Under the pieces are notes generated by a model. That model had not been told where the DNA came from, made no database searches, and saw only the letters and a program-made list of their open reading frames with translations. This document shows positions 30,836-40,149 of a stretch of 64,000 nucleotides of DNA, piece after piece. The translations under genes were made by a program, and so were the position numbers. Position 1 is the first letter of the stretch; each line of letters starts with the position of its first letter. Source of the DNA: Clostridia bacterium (lineage in GTDB: Bacteria > Bacillota > Clostridia > Clostridiales > Clostridiaceae); the NCBI GenBank assembly GCA_012523855.1, contig JAAYTB010000019.1, positions 2,105-66,104 on the forward strand. The letters run 5' to 3'.

Positions 30836-31957
30836 TTATTTTTGATTATTTAAATACTCTGCTATAATTCTAGCAGTATACTTGACGGAGTTTTTTGCCT
30901 CCTGGTGAGTGTTTATATTTGCTCCTACTTCTACAAGGATTGCATTACTGCTCTTGTCTTGGTTAAAATACTTATTTCCATAATTATAGTAATAGCTACC
31001 CCTACAAAAACCAGGAAACAAGTCGTTACTTATTTTAGTAAGTTCATCTACCACAGCCTGGTTTTTACTAAAGGAGGGGTTTTTCTTTGTTAGCACAAAC
31101 ATAAGCTTGGCTACATTTTCACCATTCATATTCATGGTAACACTGCTTTTGCTATAAACTGCATCCCTATGCATGTCTATAATTAAATCAAAATCCGTAT
31201 ATTCCTTTAAATATTTTTCAACAGTTACTCTTGATTTGCTATAGGAGTTATTAAAATCAGAATCATGAATTGTTTTATCATGTATAACACTAACACCATA
31301 ATTTTTTTCTAATTCTGTCTTTAAATCTTGACCTATATCTACTATATTCTTATTTGAGTCTCCATTATAATTACCGTTAGGAGAAAAAGCCTCTGTAGTA
31401 TGAGTATGATAAATTAAAACTTTCGGTTTTGATTTTGCCAGAGCTTCTTTTAAAGCTGGGTCATTCACATCTACAGTTTTACCAGAGTTTCCCCTAGAGA
31501 AATTGCCACTATCAATCCCCCTTTTACTGGCACTTGCAGTAATTTGTCCTTCAGATAGGTTAAAGGGACTTATAGTATTATCAGCAATGGTAGCTTCCAT
31601 ATTGGCATCTTTATTAGAAATAGCTTTAACAATTGGAATCTCTCTACTCAATATGGATATGGGGTTGTTAATATTTATCCCCAACAGCTTTAAAATCTCT
31701 CCCTGTATGGTTATATTGTTTTCTGCCAGCGCTTCTTCTTCAAAGGTTGTCACCTCAATAACAGGCATAGAATTATTAATTACCTGAGCATAAAGCAAAC
31801 TGTTATATCTTCTGTTATTCCCATTGTTTAAAAAAAGTATCTTAAAACCATATACAGTAACTGCAATCAATACTATTAGTGATACTATAGAAGCGATAAA
31901 AAATTTAGTATTGGCATTCTGTCTTATAGTTCCTCCATATAACATAAATCTCACCAC
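30836..31957 (-). CDS. spoIIP: Stage II sporulation protein P (amidase/endopeptidase)
   Basis: N-terminal TM, VLIYHTHTTEAF, IHDKTIHD, SYSKSR, IDMHRDA, ILVEVGANIN; follows gpr. Confidence 0.95.
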   Translation of the reverse strand: MVRFMLYGGTIRQNANTKFFIASIVSLIVLIAVTVYGFKILFLNNGNNRRYNSLLYAQVINNSMPVIEVTTFEEEALAENNITIQGEILKLLGININNPISILSREIPIVKAISNKDANMEATIADNTISPFNLSEGQITASASKRGIDSGNFSRGNSGKTVDVNDPALKEALAKSKPKVLIYHTHTTEAFSPNGNYNGDSNKNIVDIGQDLKTELEKNYGVSVIHDKTIHDSDFNNSYSKSRVTVEKYLKEYTDFDLIIDMHRDAVYSKSSVTMNMNGENVAKLMFVLTKKNPSFSKNQAVVDELTKISNDLFPGFCRGSYYYNYGNKYFNQDKSSNAILVEVGANINTHQEAKNSVKYTARIIAEYLNNQK

Positions 31958-32064
31958 TTTCTTTAGTAAATCTTTATAAATATATTAATAGCTAGTTTTA
32001 TATATACCCAGTTCAGAGGAATTAATTAACATATTCCCTTAAAAGCCTTATAAAAATGTGAAAA

Positions 32065-32111
32065 TTTAGGGCTAGGGATCTAGATTTTTTATCTAAATCC
32101 CTAGCCCTAAA
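32065..32111 (-). terminator. Long GC-rich hairpin after gpr
   Basis: TTTAGGGCTAGGGAT..ATCCCTAGCCCTAAA, 15-bp perfect arms plus an inner stem. Confidence 0.7.
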
Positions 32112-32122
32112 AAGACTTATAC

Positions 32123-33097
32123 TTAATTAAGAAATTTATTAATATCTTCTAAATCCAAGACTGGCTGTAGAGCTATATTTATACCATTAGCTAAAATAAC
32201 CGATAAAGAATCTATAACCATATCAACTTCCTTAGGAGTAACCATAAGATTTCCTACGTATGGATTTAATAGTTCCCTGATCATTCGGCCCTTCTCATTT
32301 TTATCTATGGATTGTAACATTTCATAGAATTTACCACCCTTAGTTGCTTCCTTGATCATAGCATCTAAGACTAAATCTATTGTGTCATTAGCCATGGTAG
32401 CAGCATCTACAACTGTTGGAACACCAACAGCTATCACCGGCACTCCCAAGGTTCTCTCGCTTATTTCCATTCTCTTATTGCCTACGCCAGAGCCTGGAGA
32501 TATACCTGTATTGCCAATTTGTATAGTTCTATTTACCCTTTCCAGTTTTCTTGAAGCTAAAGCATCTATACATAATATAAGATTAGGCTTAATTTTCTCC
32601 ACTATGCCCTTTATAATTTCGTAGGTTTCTATACCAGTTATACCTAGAACCCCTGGAGCTATAGCACAAACTGGCCTTATACCTTCGTCGATACTGTCTG
32701 GTACCAGCTCTTTCAAGTGCCTTGTTACCATTAGCTTTGATACTACCCTAGGCCCTAAAGCATCCGGAGTAACATTCCAGTTTCCTAAACCTACCACTAG
32801 AGCAGTCATACTATCTTCCAGCTTCACAATTCCTTCAAGAGCTTGGGCCATAGCCTTACTAACTTCATCTCTTGCCTCTCCATCATAATGTGCAAATTCC
32901 GGTAAGTCTAAAGTTATATATGTACCTTTAGGCTTACCCATATTACGTTCTCCAATTTCATTGGTTATAGTTACATCCGTTACCAAAACATCACCAATTT
33001 TATACTCTTTAAAATCTACCCCTTGAGGATTTCCATTACTTTCTTCATTATATATCTCTCTAGCTTCCACCGCTAAGTCAGTATGTATATTTCGCAT
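32123..33097 (-). CDS. gpr: Germination protease GPR
   Basis: HTDLAVEA, GLGNWNVTPDALGP, IDALASR, GISPGSGVGNKR, GVPTVVDAAT. Confidence 0.98.
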   Translation of the reverse strand: MRNIHTDLAVEAREIYNEESNGNPQGVDFKEYKIGDVLVTDVTITNEIGERNMGKPKGTYITLDLPEFAHYDGEARDEVSKAMAQALEGIVKLEDSMTALVVGLGNWNVTPDALGPRVVSKLMVTRHLKELVPDSIDEGIRPVCAIAPGVLGITGIETYEIIKGIVEKIKPNLILCIDALASRKLERVNRTIQIGNTGISPGSGVGNKRMEISERTLGVPVIAVGVPTVVDAATMANDTIDLVLDAMIKEATKGGKFYEMLQSIDKNEKGRMIRELLNPYVGNLMVTPKEVDMVIDSLSVILANGINIALQPVLDLEDINKFLN

Positions 33098-33165
33098 ATA
33101 TCCACCTCTTTCAATTAATAAGCCATAAGTTTTTAAGTAGGATTTTATCAGCTTTCACCTATGTT

Positions 33166-33194
33166 TAGTGTTTGATTTTAACAATAATTTATTC
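33166..33194 (-). promoter_or_regulatory. Possible SigG/SigF promoter of gpr
   Basis: GAATA-N17-AACACTA resembles the forespore sigma consensus; AT-rich, so weak evidence. Confidence 0.3.
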
Positions 33195-33276
33195 CAATCT
33201 TTTATGAAGAACAAAAAAAGAATTCCGCCATAAATAAATAAGTTAATAAAAAATCATGAATATGGATAAATTATGC

Positions 33277-33305
33277 TTGAAGTGATTTATCATTAATGTT
33301 ATAAT
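33277..33305 (+). promoter_or_regulatory. SigA promoter of rpsT
   Basis: TTGAAG-N17-TATAAT with TG extension. Confidence 0.7.
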
Positions 33306-33385
33306 ATCATTTGTTGAATAACGACTCGTGCAGAGTTTTCCCCAAAACTGCTGAGACCCTATTATACCAAAGGGGGTGAAGATAA

Positions 33386-33652
33386 ATGGCAAATATTAAA
33401 TCAGCTCAAAAGAGAATAAAAGTTATAGAAGCTAAAACTCTAAGAAATAAAATGGTTAAATCAGCTTTAAAAACTAAGATAAAGAAGTTCGAACTTGCTA
33501 TCGATGCAAAGAACGCTGATGAAGCTAAAGTAGCTTACATAGAAGCTTCTAAGGCTTTAGATATGGCTGCTTCAAAAGGAGTAATCCATAAAAACAAGGC
33601 AGCAAATAAGAAATCAAAACTTGCTTTAAAATTAAATGCATTAAACGCATAA
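33386..33652 (+). CDS. rpsT: 30S ribosomal protein S20
   Basis: [25 protein letters not shown]. Confidence 0.99.
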   Translation: MANIKSAQKRIKVIEAKTLRNKMVKSALKTKIKKFELAIDAKNADEAKVAYIEASKALDMAASKGVIHKNKAANKKSKLALKLNALNA

Positions 33653-33656
33653 TAAT

Positions 33657-33689
33657 AAACCGGTTATTTCACCGGTTTCTTATTTTTTT
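33657..33689. terminator. Terminator between convergent rpsT and holA
   Basis: AAACCGGT-N6-ACCGGTTT followed by a T tract. Confidence 0.8.
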
Positions 33690-33707
33690 TGCAAAGATAA
33701 TTAAATT

Positions 33708-34727
33708 CTAAATCTTAACTGTATTAATTAATAAGATCTCCATTTCAATCTTCTTATCACTTTGACTGCTTTTCAAAGCTTTTTCCGTATCTAGACACAT
33801 CTTCATACATGTCCTTATTTGATTTAGACTGAACTTTCTACTCTGATTAATTAATTTTTCACATACATAAGGATGAAGTCTTAACTCCTTTACTAGAATA
33901 TTTTTATTTTTCCCTTCCTCTAAACCTAACTTTATACTATACAGGAGCTTAAATTGTCTTTCTATCATAAATAAGATTCCTGTAACACTTTCCCCTCTAA
34001 AGAGTAGCTCATTAAGAATACTTATAGCCTTTTCAGGCCTTCTTTGGGATACAAAATCCACTAGATCGAATATGTCATCACTACTAGTTTGGGGTAGCAG
34101 ATCAATTATGTCCTTCTTGGTAATTTCCCTTCCTTCGGTATAGTCTAGAAGCTTATTTACTTCATTCTTGATTATTTCCATATTATTATCTACCTTGTCG
34201 CAAAAAAACTGTAACAGAACTTTATTAATGTCCCTTTCCTTTTCCTCAAATATGGCCGCTACCTTTTTATATAACCTACTCCCCTTTAATTTATCTACCT
34301 TAACTAGGTTTGCAACCTTTTCTAGCTTTTTAAGATGGTTGCTAGGCTTTTCCCTATCATCACTAAATACATAGTAGATTAATAGAATTGTATAAGGGGG
34401 TAAACTAGAAAGATATTTGTGAAATTCCTCTACCTTCTTCTTGCTTTCCCTATCTTCTTTTCCTCCTAGAAAGTTGGCCCTAAAGACTACTACTAACTTT
34501 CTATCACTGATAAAGGGCAAGGTTTCACAAGCATTCATAACTTCTTCGAACTGTACCTTCATGCCATCAAATTTAACCAGATTCAACTCTCTAAAATTCT
34601 CATCCACTACAGTATTTTCTACTTTAGTCACTACGTCTTTAATAAGATTTTCATCTGGTCCATAGAGAATATAACAACCCTTTAAATCATTTTTCTTTAT
34701 TAGCTGCTCAAATTTATCTAAATCCAT
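33708..34727 (-). CDS. holA: DNA polymerase III delta subunit
   Basis: YILYGPDE, CETLPF, NEVNKL, DIFDLVD, LRLHPYV; comEC-holA-rpsT synteny. Confidence 0.95.
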   Translation of the reverse strand: MDLDKFEQLIKKNDLKGCYILYGPDENLIKDVVTKVENTVVDENFRELNLVKFDGMKVQFEEVMNACETLPFISDRKLVVVFRANFLGGKEDRESKKKVEEFHKYLSSLPPYTILLIYYVFSDDREKPSNHLKKLEKVANLVKVDKLKGSRLYKKVAAIFEEKERDINKVLLQFFCDKVDNNMEIIKNEVNKLLDYTEGREITKKDIIDLLPQTSSDDIFDLVDFVSQRRPEKAISILNELLFRGESVTGILFMIERQFKLLYSIKLGLEEGKNKNILVKELRLHPYVCEKLINQSRKFSLNQIRTCMKMCLDTEKALKSSQSDKKIEMEILLINTVKI

Positions 34728-34739
34728 TTACATCTTCCT

Positions 34740-36482
34740 TTATTCTATTATAGGCCTATGAAATACCAAGCTAATCCTATATAATTGGTCATAATATTGA
34801 TAGGATTCCTTGTTGTACGGTAAATATATTATATCATATAAATTATCAGTCTTAGCAGCCATATTTTCTTTAGTAAAAACTATAACTAAAGGCCTCTTTC
34901 CATAAAAATATGTAAGATGAATTTTACTATTATCTTGGGATAGCTTAAGCTCCTTATCCCCATGACAATAGTGACCCTTATCAAAATCCTCTACTTTCCG
35001 TACATTAAACTTCTTTTTTACCAATAGTTCATTTTCATTTACTTTTTCCTTGTCTAAAAAAAGCACAGAATTAAAGGCACTGCGATAGATAATCCCTCGA
35101 CTGCTTCCCAATTTAACAAACTGAAATTGGGGTGTAAAAGAAAAATTATACAGTCCATAAAAGACTAAGGAAAACAAAGGCAGCCACAGGAACTTTTTAT
35201 AGCCTCTTTTATAAAGAAAGTAACTAGCATAAATAATAATTAAAACCCAAACCTCTGACATCGACATATATATGACTCCAGTAGAAACCTTTAATAGGAA
35301 GCATTTGCAACCTTCAATGGCTGAATATGATATCTTTATCCCTAAACATAACTTTTTAAAAAGAAAATTAATATTTAAAAAGAGCAAAGACAAATTTCCT
35401 AGCACCATTAGCAAGGAGTATATGGGCACAAGAAATATATTCCCTTGTATTGAGGCAGTGCTAATTGAATTAAAAACCACTATGGACAAAGGTAAGGAAA
35501 AAACTTGGGCACTTAGGGTAAGGCTAATTGATTCATTTAATTTCACTGGTAGTCTATATAATACCTTTAAAAACTTTTTATAAAAAATAAATATGCCTAG
35601 TACCGATAGAAAAGACAAGAGAGTAGCTAGATCTAGAGCATTGGCAGGATTTATGAATAGAACAATTATAGCAGCCATACTTAGAGATGAAAAAGCTTCG
35701 TAATTCCTATAAACTTTTTTAGATAACTTAAAAACAATAATCATAATTAGGGCTCTAACTGTAGATGAATATCCACCTGTAAATATACAGTAAACTAAGG
35801 CAACGATTATTGAACCTCCAAAACCTAAAATAAGCTCACTGATTTTATATATTAGAGCCATGTGTAGTCCTGAAACACTAACAACATGAATCACTCCTAA
35901 GTTGCTCATATCTGTTTTTGATTCTGAACTTAGATAGTTATCATGGCCAAAGGCAGCTGCCATTACCTCTCCAGCGGCTTCCTCTCCTATTTCCTCCTTA
36001 TATCTCTTATATAAACTTTCTTTAAATTCATATATTTTAGTAAAATAATCTGATTCCTTCTTGTTAACACTGCTAATATTTATTTCTCCTATTATCCCTC
36101 TATCAAACTGTGCCATACTCTTATATTCCCCTGTAACTTGAATATACTGTCCTATTTTACACTGCTTTAGATCTCCTTTTAATATAACTTTTCTACCCTT
36201 ATAGTTAGCAATAGAATATATTCCTTCAGTCCCTTGAAAACGTAGATTACACACTTCAGGAACTTGAATTCTATAGTAGCTATAATACCTAAAAAAACCT
36301 ATTAACAAAAATATAGGCAGTATGTATACTAGAGGGCTCTTATTGCTTAACATTGTAATAAGTAAAAAAGATGCAGCTAAAACTGCACCTAAAATATTCT
36401 TGTTATTTAATAAAAGTAATGCAGAATAAGATCCAATTAGTAGGGCGAAACAGTAGTAAACTAAAGGCTTGTTATTGATCAT
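34740..36482 (-). CDS. comEC: ComEC/Rec2-family competence membrane protein
   Basis: Multi-TM, HVVSVSGLHM, STVRALIM, NP..A.D...LSFL; no recognisable C-terminal metallo-beta-lactamase motif. Confidence 0.88.
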   Translation of the reverse strand: MINNKPLVYYCFALLIGSYSALLLLNNKNILGAVLAASFLLITMLSNKSPLVYILPIFLLIGFFRYYSYYRIQVPEVCNLRFQGTEGIYSIANYKGRKVILKGDLKQCKIGQYIQVTGEYKSMAQFDRGIIGEINISSVNKKESDYFTKIYEFKESLYKRYKEEIGEEAAGEVMAAAFGHDNYLSSESKTDMSNLGVIHVVSVSGLHMALIYKISELILGFGGSIIVALVYCIFTGGYSSTVRALIMIIVFKLSKKVYRNYEAFSSLSMAAIIVLFINPANALDLATLLSFLSVLGIFIFYKKFLKVLYRLPVKLNESISLTLSAQVFSLPLSIVVFNSISTASIQGNIFLVPIYSLLMVLGNLSLLFLNINFLFKKLCLGIKISYSAIEGCKCFLLKVSTGVIYMSMSEVWVLIIIYASYFLYKRGYKKFLWLPLFSLVFYGLYNFSFTPQFQFVKLGSSRGIIYRSAFNSVLFLDKEKVNENELLVKKKFNVRKVEDFDKGHYCHGDKELKLSQDNSKIHLTYFYGKRPLVIVFTKENMAAKTDNLYDIIYLPYNKESYQYYDQLYRISLVFHRPIIE

Positions 36483-36768
36483 GTCTGTTTTTATTTAGTA
36501 CATCCGGAGCCATAGCAGGTTCCAATTTGAAATCTCTTTCATATTCCATCTTTACAGTAACTTGTATCCTGCCAGTATTAGCATTGCGGTTAATATCTGT
36601 AACTACTGGAACTCCGTCTCTACCTTTAAATTTAAAATAATTTTCAGCTAAATCTTGTGCATTTTCTTTAGTTAGATCTTCATAGCTTAAAAAGTAATCT
36701 TTTTCGTGGATAACTAAACTTACTGTGTTGCTAGTATCGCTAACTATTTCGTAAATATCACTATACAT
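36472..36768 (-). CDS. Hypothetical 98-aa protein overlapping the comEC start
   Basis: GGAGG SD, ATG start, 11-nt overlap with comEC. Confidence 0.75.
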   Translation of the reverse strand: MYSDIYEIVSDTSNTVSLVIHEKDYFLSYEDLTKENAQDLAENYFKFKGRDGVPVVTDINRNANTGRIQVTVKMEYERDFKLEPAMAPDVLNKNRHDQ

Positions 36769-36822
36769 GCTAACACCTCCATACTAGTATTTTGCCCTCT
36801 ATTAAAGACTTTAAACTGGATT

Positions 36823-37374
36823 TTATTTTGCATTTTCCAATGTTAACTCAGCTTCTTCAGAATTATCCACCATTTCAAAACCGTCTTCCTGACAGATTAT
36901 ATATGTGTTACTGTTACCTTTAAGTAAAAAAGAAATCATTAGTAGATCTTCTGTACTTTTAAATAAATTAATCACCAATACCACGCCACCTAGCCACCCT
37001 GGTATAAGCTTTGCTATAAGAGAGATAACTGTAACTGGTAACAATAGGATTAGAAGAAATTTAGTTCTTTGAATAGGCACTTTAGATACTTCTTTAGCAC
37101 TAAGATAAATACCCTTCCATTGATATTTTACCTTGCCACCAAAAAACTTTAGCAATATGCCGTGACACCATTCATGTACCATGGTAATTGGAATCATAAG
37201 AATAAGAAAAAACAATACTATGTCCACAAGTAAGTTATTTGTAATTGTCCAAATTATATTCTTATATAGCAAATTAAATAAAAGCATATTTATATAGTTT
37301 CTCATAAAATAATAAATAATATAGGCCATAGAAAAACATACAGCCTTTGTTTTTAAAGTACGTTTAAAATACAT
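36823..37374 (-). CDS. DUF3267-like membrane zinc metalloprotease
   Basis: TM helices with HEWCH (HExxH) then G..LKFFGG; start moved to ATG 37374 after AGGAGG. Confidence 0.75.
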   Translation of the reverse strand: MYFKRTLKTKAVCFSMAYIIYYFMRNYINMLLFNLLYKNIIWTITNNLLVDIVLFFLILMIPITMVHEWCHGILLKFFGGKVKYQWKGIYLSAKEVSKVPIQRTKFLLILLLPVTVISLIAKLIPGWLGGVVLVINLFKSTEDLLMISFLLKGNSNTYIICQEDGFEMVDNSEEAELTLENAK

Positions 37375-37484
37375 TCTTTCCACCTCCTAGTTACATTATT
37401 GACAAAAATTCTCTTTACTATACATTAGTTTTTTTCTTTTTAGCACATATTTCAAATATCTTTAGGATAATATTGGTCCTTATG

Positions 37485-37513
37485 TTGCTTTATGGTGTCT
37501 TTTGGTGTATAAT
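37485..37513 (+). promoter_or_regulatory. SigA promoter of the orphan gene at 37560
   Basis: TTGCTT-N17-TATAAT with TG extension; second candidate TTGACA-N16-TACATT at 37399-37426. Confidence 0.65.
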
Positions 37514-37559
37514 TAAATTAGACTATACGGGAAATTAAATATTCAAGGAGGTGTTCTCT

Positions 37560-37934
37560 ATGGTATGGGGGATGGACTTGCTGAAACCAATTAAAAATGT
37601 TGTTCTATGCAACGGGATGAACGATCCTTTGGCAAGTCAAGCTGCTGAATCCATTAAAGAATTTATACATCTTGCCCTAATCAATATGGAGAGGCAAAGT
37701 AAAATGGAACTGTCTGAAAATTCTGACTCCCCTAAAAAACAAGCTAAACTAGAAGTAGAAAACTATATTAATAATATATGTGCTACAGTGCAGAAGGGGA
37801 TTCAATCAACTCTCTGGGCTCAAAACATCATAGAATTATCTCATGAGTGTTTAGTTGAACTAAGCACATATCACACATATATAAACATACTTAGAGAATC
37901 TTACAGTAGTTATGTGTTAAAAACAGTTAATTAA
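37560..37934 (+). CDS. Hypothetical 124-aa helical protein
   Basis: AGGAGG-N8-ATG at 37560, upstream promoter, downstream hairpin; no family recognised. Confidence 0.7.
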   Translation: MVWGMDLLKPIKNVVLCNGMNDPLASQAAESIKEFIHLALINMERQSKMELSENSDSPKKQAKLEVENYINNICATVQKGIQSTLWAQNIIELSHECLVELSTYHTYINILRESYSSYVLKTVN

Positions 37935-37982
37935 AATTTAATTTCTACTTTGATACAGTTATTGGACTAGAATGAATAATTA

Positions 37983-38010
37983 GTGTGAAAACTCTTTGGA
38001 GGCTTTCACA
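37983..38010. terminator. Hairpin between the convergent orphan gene and comEA
   Basis: GTGTGAAA..TTTCACAC followed by TTTTT. Confidence 0.55.
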
Positions 38011-38069
38011 CTTTTTCTGATGGCTGTAGTTAATTATTACTTTTTTTAAATTTTATACCTAAAAATTCT

Positions 38070-38669
38070 TTAATCTACACTTATTTTATCCTTCATATTT
38101 TCAAAGGTCTTTTCTCCTATGCCATTGATGTTTTTTAAATCCTCTATACTATTAAAATAACCCTTTTCTTCCCTGTATTCTAAAATTTTTTCTGCTGTTA
38201 CTGGTCCCACTCCAGGTATTTTCTCTAACTGATCCTTATCTGCAGTATTAATGTTAATAATATCACTTTTCTCATCTTGTGTACTGTTAGTGTTTACTAC
38301 TGTTTCAGCCTTATCTATATTGGCTACTACTATACAGTCTTCGTCCCTTAATTTCTTTGCTAAACTTGGTATCCTATCACTATCAGCCTTTACTGTCAGT
38401 CCCCCTGCTTCCTTAATCAAATCCTCTAAACGGCTACCTATCTTCATCTCATAGACTCCAGGTTTATTCACTTCTCCCTTTATCTCTACCTTAATGGTTT
38501 TTTCACTTATATGTAACTTTCCATCTTTATTATTAAGAACCGGTTTGCTTTCTACAAAGATCTCATTATAATCTTCTACTTTATTATCATTTATATATCC
38601 TATAACTGTGAAGATAAGGAAAATACCAGCTATTATAGCAGATCCTATAATTTTGTTTTTCTTATTCAA
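38070..38669 (-). CDS. comEA: ComEA-like DNA uptake protein (SLBB + helix-hairpin-helix)
   Basis: N-terminal TM, VEIKGEVNKPGVY, ININTADKDQLEKIPGVGPVTAEKI, GIGEKT; start moved to TTG 38669. Confidence 0.93.
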   Translation of the reverse strand: MNKKNKIIGSAIIAGIFLIFTVIGYINDNKVEDYNEIFVESKPVLNNKDGKLHISEKTIKVEIKGEVNKPGVYEMKIGSRLEDLIKEAGGLTVKADSDRIPSLAKKLRDEDCIVVANIDKAETVVNTNSTQDEKSDIININTADKDQLEKIPGVGPVTAEKILEYREEKGYFNSIEDLKNINGIGEKTFENMKDKISVD

Positions 38670-38825
38670 AAGATAACACCTCACTGACCATAGATTTAAA
38701 CTTTGAACTATTTGTTAATTATTAACACATATCTTGTAAATTATTACACTTGAGAGCAGTTTTTGATATAATTTTATATATGTATATTAATTCCATTAAC
38801 CCTTAGCAGTCAAAAGGAGGTAACT

Positions 38826-40073
38826 ATGTTGAAAAAACTTGCAATTACACTTGCCTTCATTTTGCTAGCCCTTAATATGTTCCCTACCTGCCTCCAGGCT
38901 AAAGGAAAGGAGCCTAGCCCTCTTGCAGATAGTGTAGTTTTAATGAATGCCAACACAGGGGAAATTCTTTATTCCAAAAATCCTGATACAGCTTACCCTC
39001 CTGCATCAACTACTAAAGTTTTAACTACCTTATTAACTTTAGAGAATTGTAAAATGACAGATCAAGTAACTGTAGGACAACAAGCTGCATGGGCAGAAGG
39101 CAGCTCAATTTACTTGCAAGCTGGCGAAAAAATCACTGTAGAAGACTTACTCTACGGTTTAAATCTTCAATCTGGTAATGATTGTGCTGTAGCCTTGGCA
39201 GAACACATAGGAGGTTCTGTAGAAAACTTCTCCAAAATGATGAATAATCGTGCCAAGGAGTTAGGCTGTAAGCAGTCTAATTTTGTTAATCCCAGTGGCC
39301 TATATAATCCTAATCATAAGGCTTCTGCAAAGGATTTGGCTCTCATAATAAAAGAACTAATAAAACATACAGAGTATTTCAAAATCGCCTCAACAGCAAA
39401 GCATATAATGAAAGGAACTAATAAAAATCCTAAGGAAAGAATAATTTGGAACAAAAACAAGCTAGTACTCCCTGCTTCTGATTCCTATTACAAGTATGCT
39501 AAGGCTGGAAAGACCGGCTATACTAGGCAGTCTCAATACTCCTATGTTGCTGTTGCAGAAAAAGATAATGAAACCCTGATAGCGGTTCTTATTCATGATA
39601 GTTCTGGTACCTTTTATAGAGATGCTATAAATCTTTTTAACTATGGTTTTACTAACTTTAAAACAAAGACAGTATTTAAAGGAGGGCAGGTACTCCTTCA
39701 ATGTCCACTCCGGGATGATTACACTTTGCCCTTAGTAGCCGGGACAGGCTTTAATTACACTTATAATATAAATCTTCCCCCTAAATGTACTTATACTTTA
39801 GACTATGATGAGGAAAATTTAAATTCTATTTCCATAAAGAAAGGTGACATTGTTGGAAAAGTAAATTTAATTAGGAACGATGAAATTATTGGCTCTATTA
39901 ATCTTTTGAGCGGAGCAGACCACGAGCCAGTTAGGAATAAGGGGGATGTAGTAACTTTAGATTCAAAACCTTTAGACTATTTTTTAATGGTAGTCCCTTT
40001 TTTATTTTTTACTTACTTAACTGGATTAATTCTATTTATACTAGTAAGATTTTTGAAAAAACGGATTATGTAA
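38826..40073 (+). CDS. D-alanyl-D-alanine carboxypeptidase (S11) with C-terminal membrane anchor
   Basis: Signal peptide, PASTTK (SxxK), SGND (SxN), KTGYT, C-terminal TM. Confidence 0.93.
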   Translation: MLKKLAITLAFILLALNMFPTCLQAKGKEPSPLADSVVLMNANTGEILYSKNPDTAYPPASTTKVLTTLLTLENCKMTDQVTVGQQAAWAEGSSIYLQAGEKITVEDLLYGLNLQSGNDCAVALAEHIGGSVENFSKMMNNRAKELGCKQSNFVNPSGLYNPNHKASAKDLALIIKELIKHTEYFKIASTAKHIMKGTNKNPKERIIWNKNKLVLPASDSYYKYAKAGKTGYTRQSQYSYVAVAEKDNETLIAVLIHDSSGTFYRDAINLFNYGFTNFKTKTVFKGGQVLLQCPLRDDYTLPLVAGTGFNYTYNINLPPKCTYTLDYDEENLNSISIKKGDIVGKVNLIRNDEIIGSINLLSGADHEPVRNKGDVVTLDSKPLDYFLMVVPFLFFTYLTGLILFILVRFLKKRIM

Positions 40074-40082
40074 CCTAAAGTC

Positions 40083-40116
40083 AAAAATTCAGAGCCCTCA
40101 CAGGCTCTGAATTTTT
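40083..40116. terminator. Bidirectional terminator between the carboxypeptidase and RluA-family genes
   Basis: AAAAATTCAGAGC-N8-GCTCTGAATTTTT. Confidence 0.8.
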
Positions 40117-40149
40117 CCTTCTACTCTTGTAATTAAATTGATAAAACCC

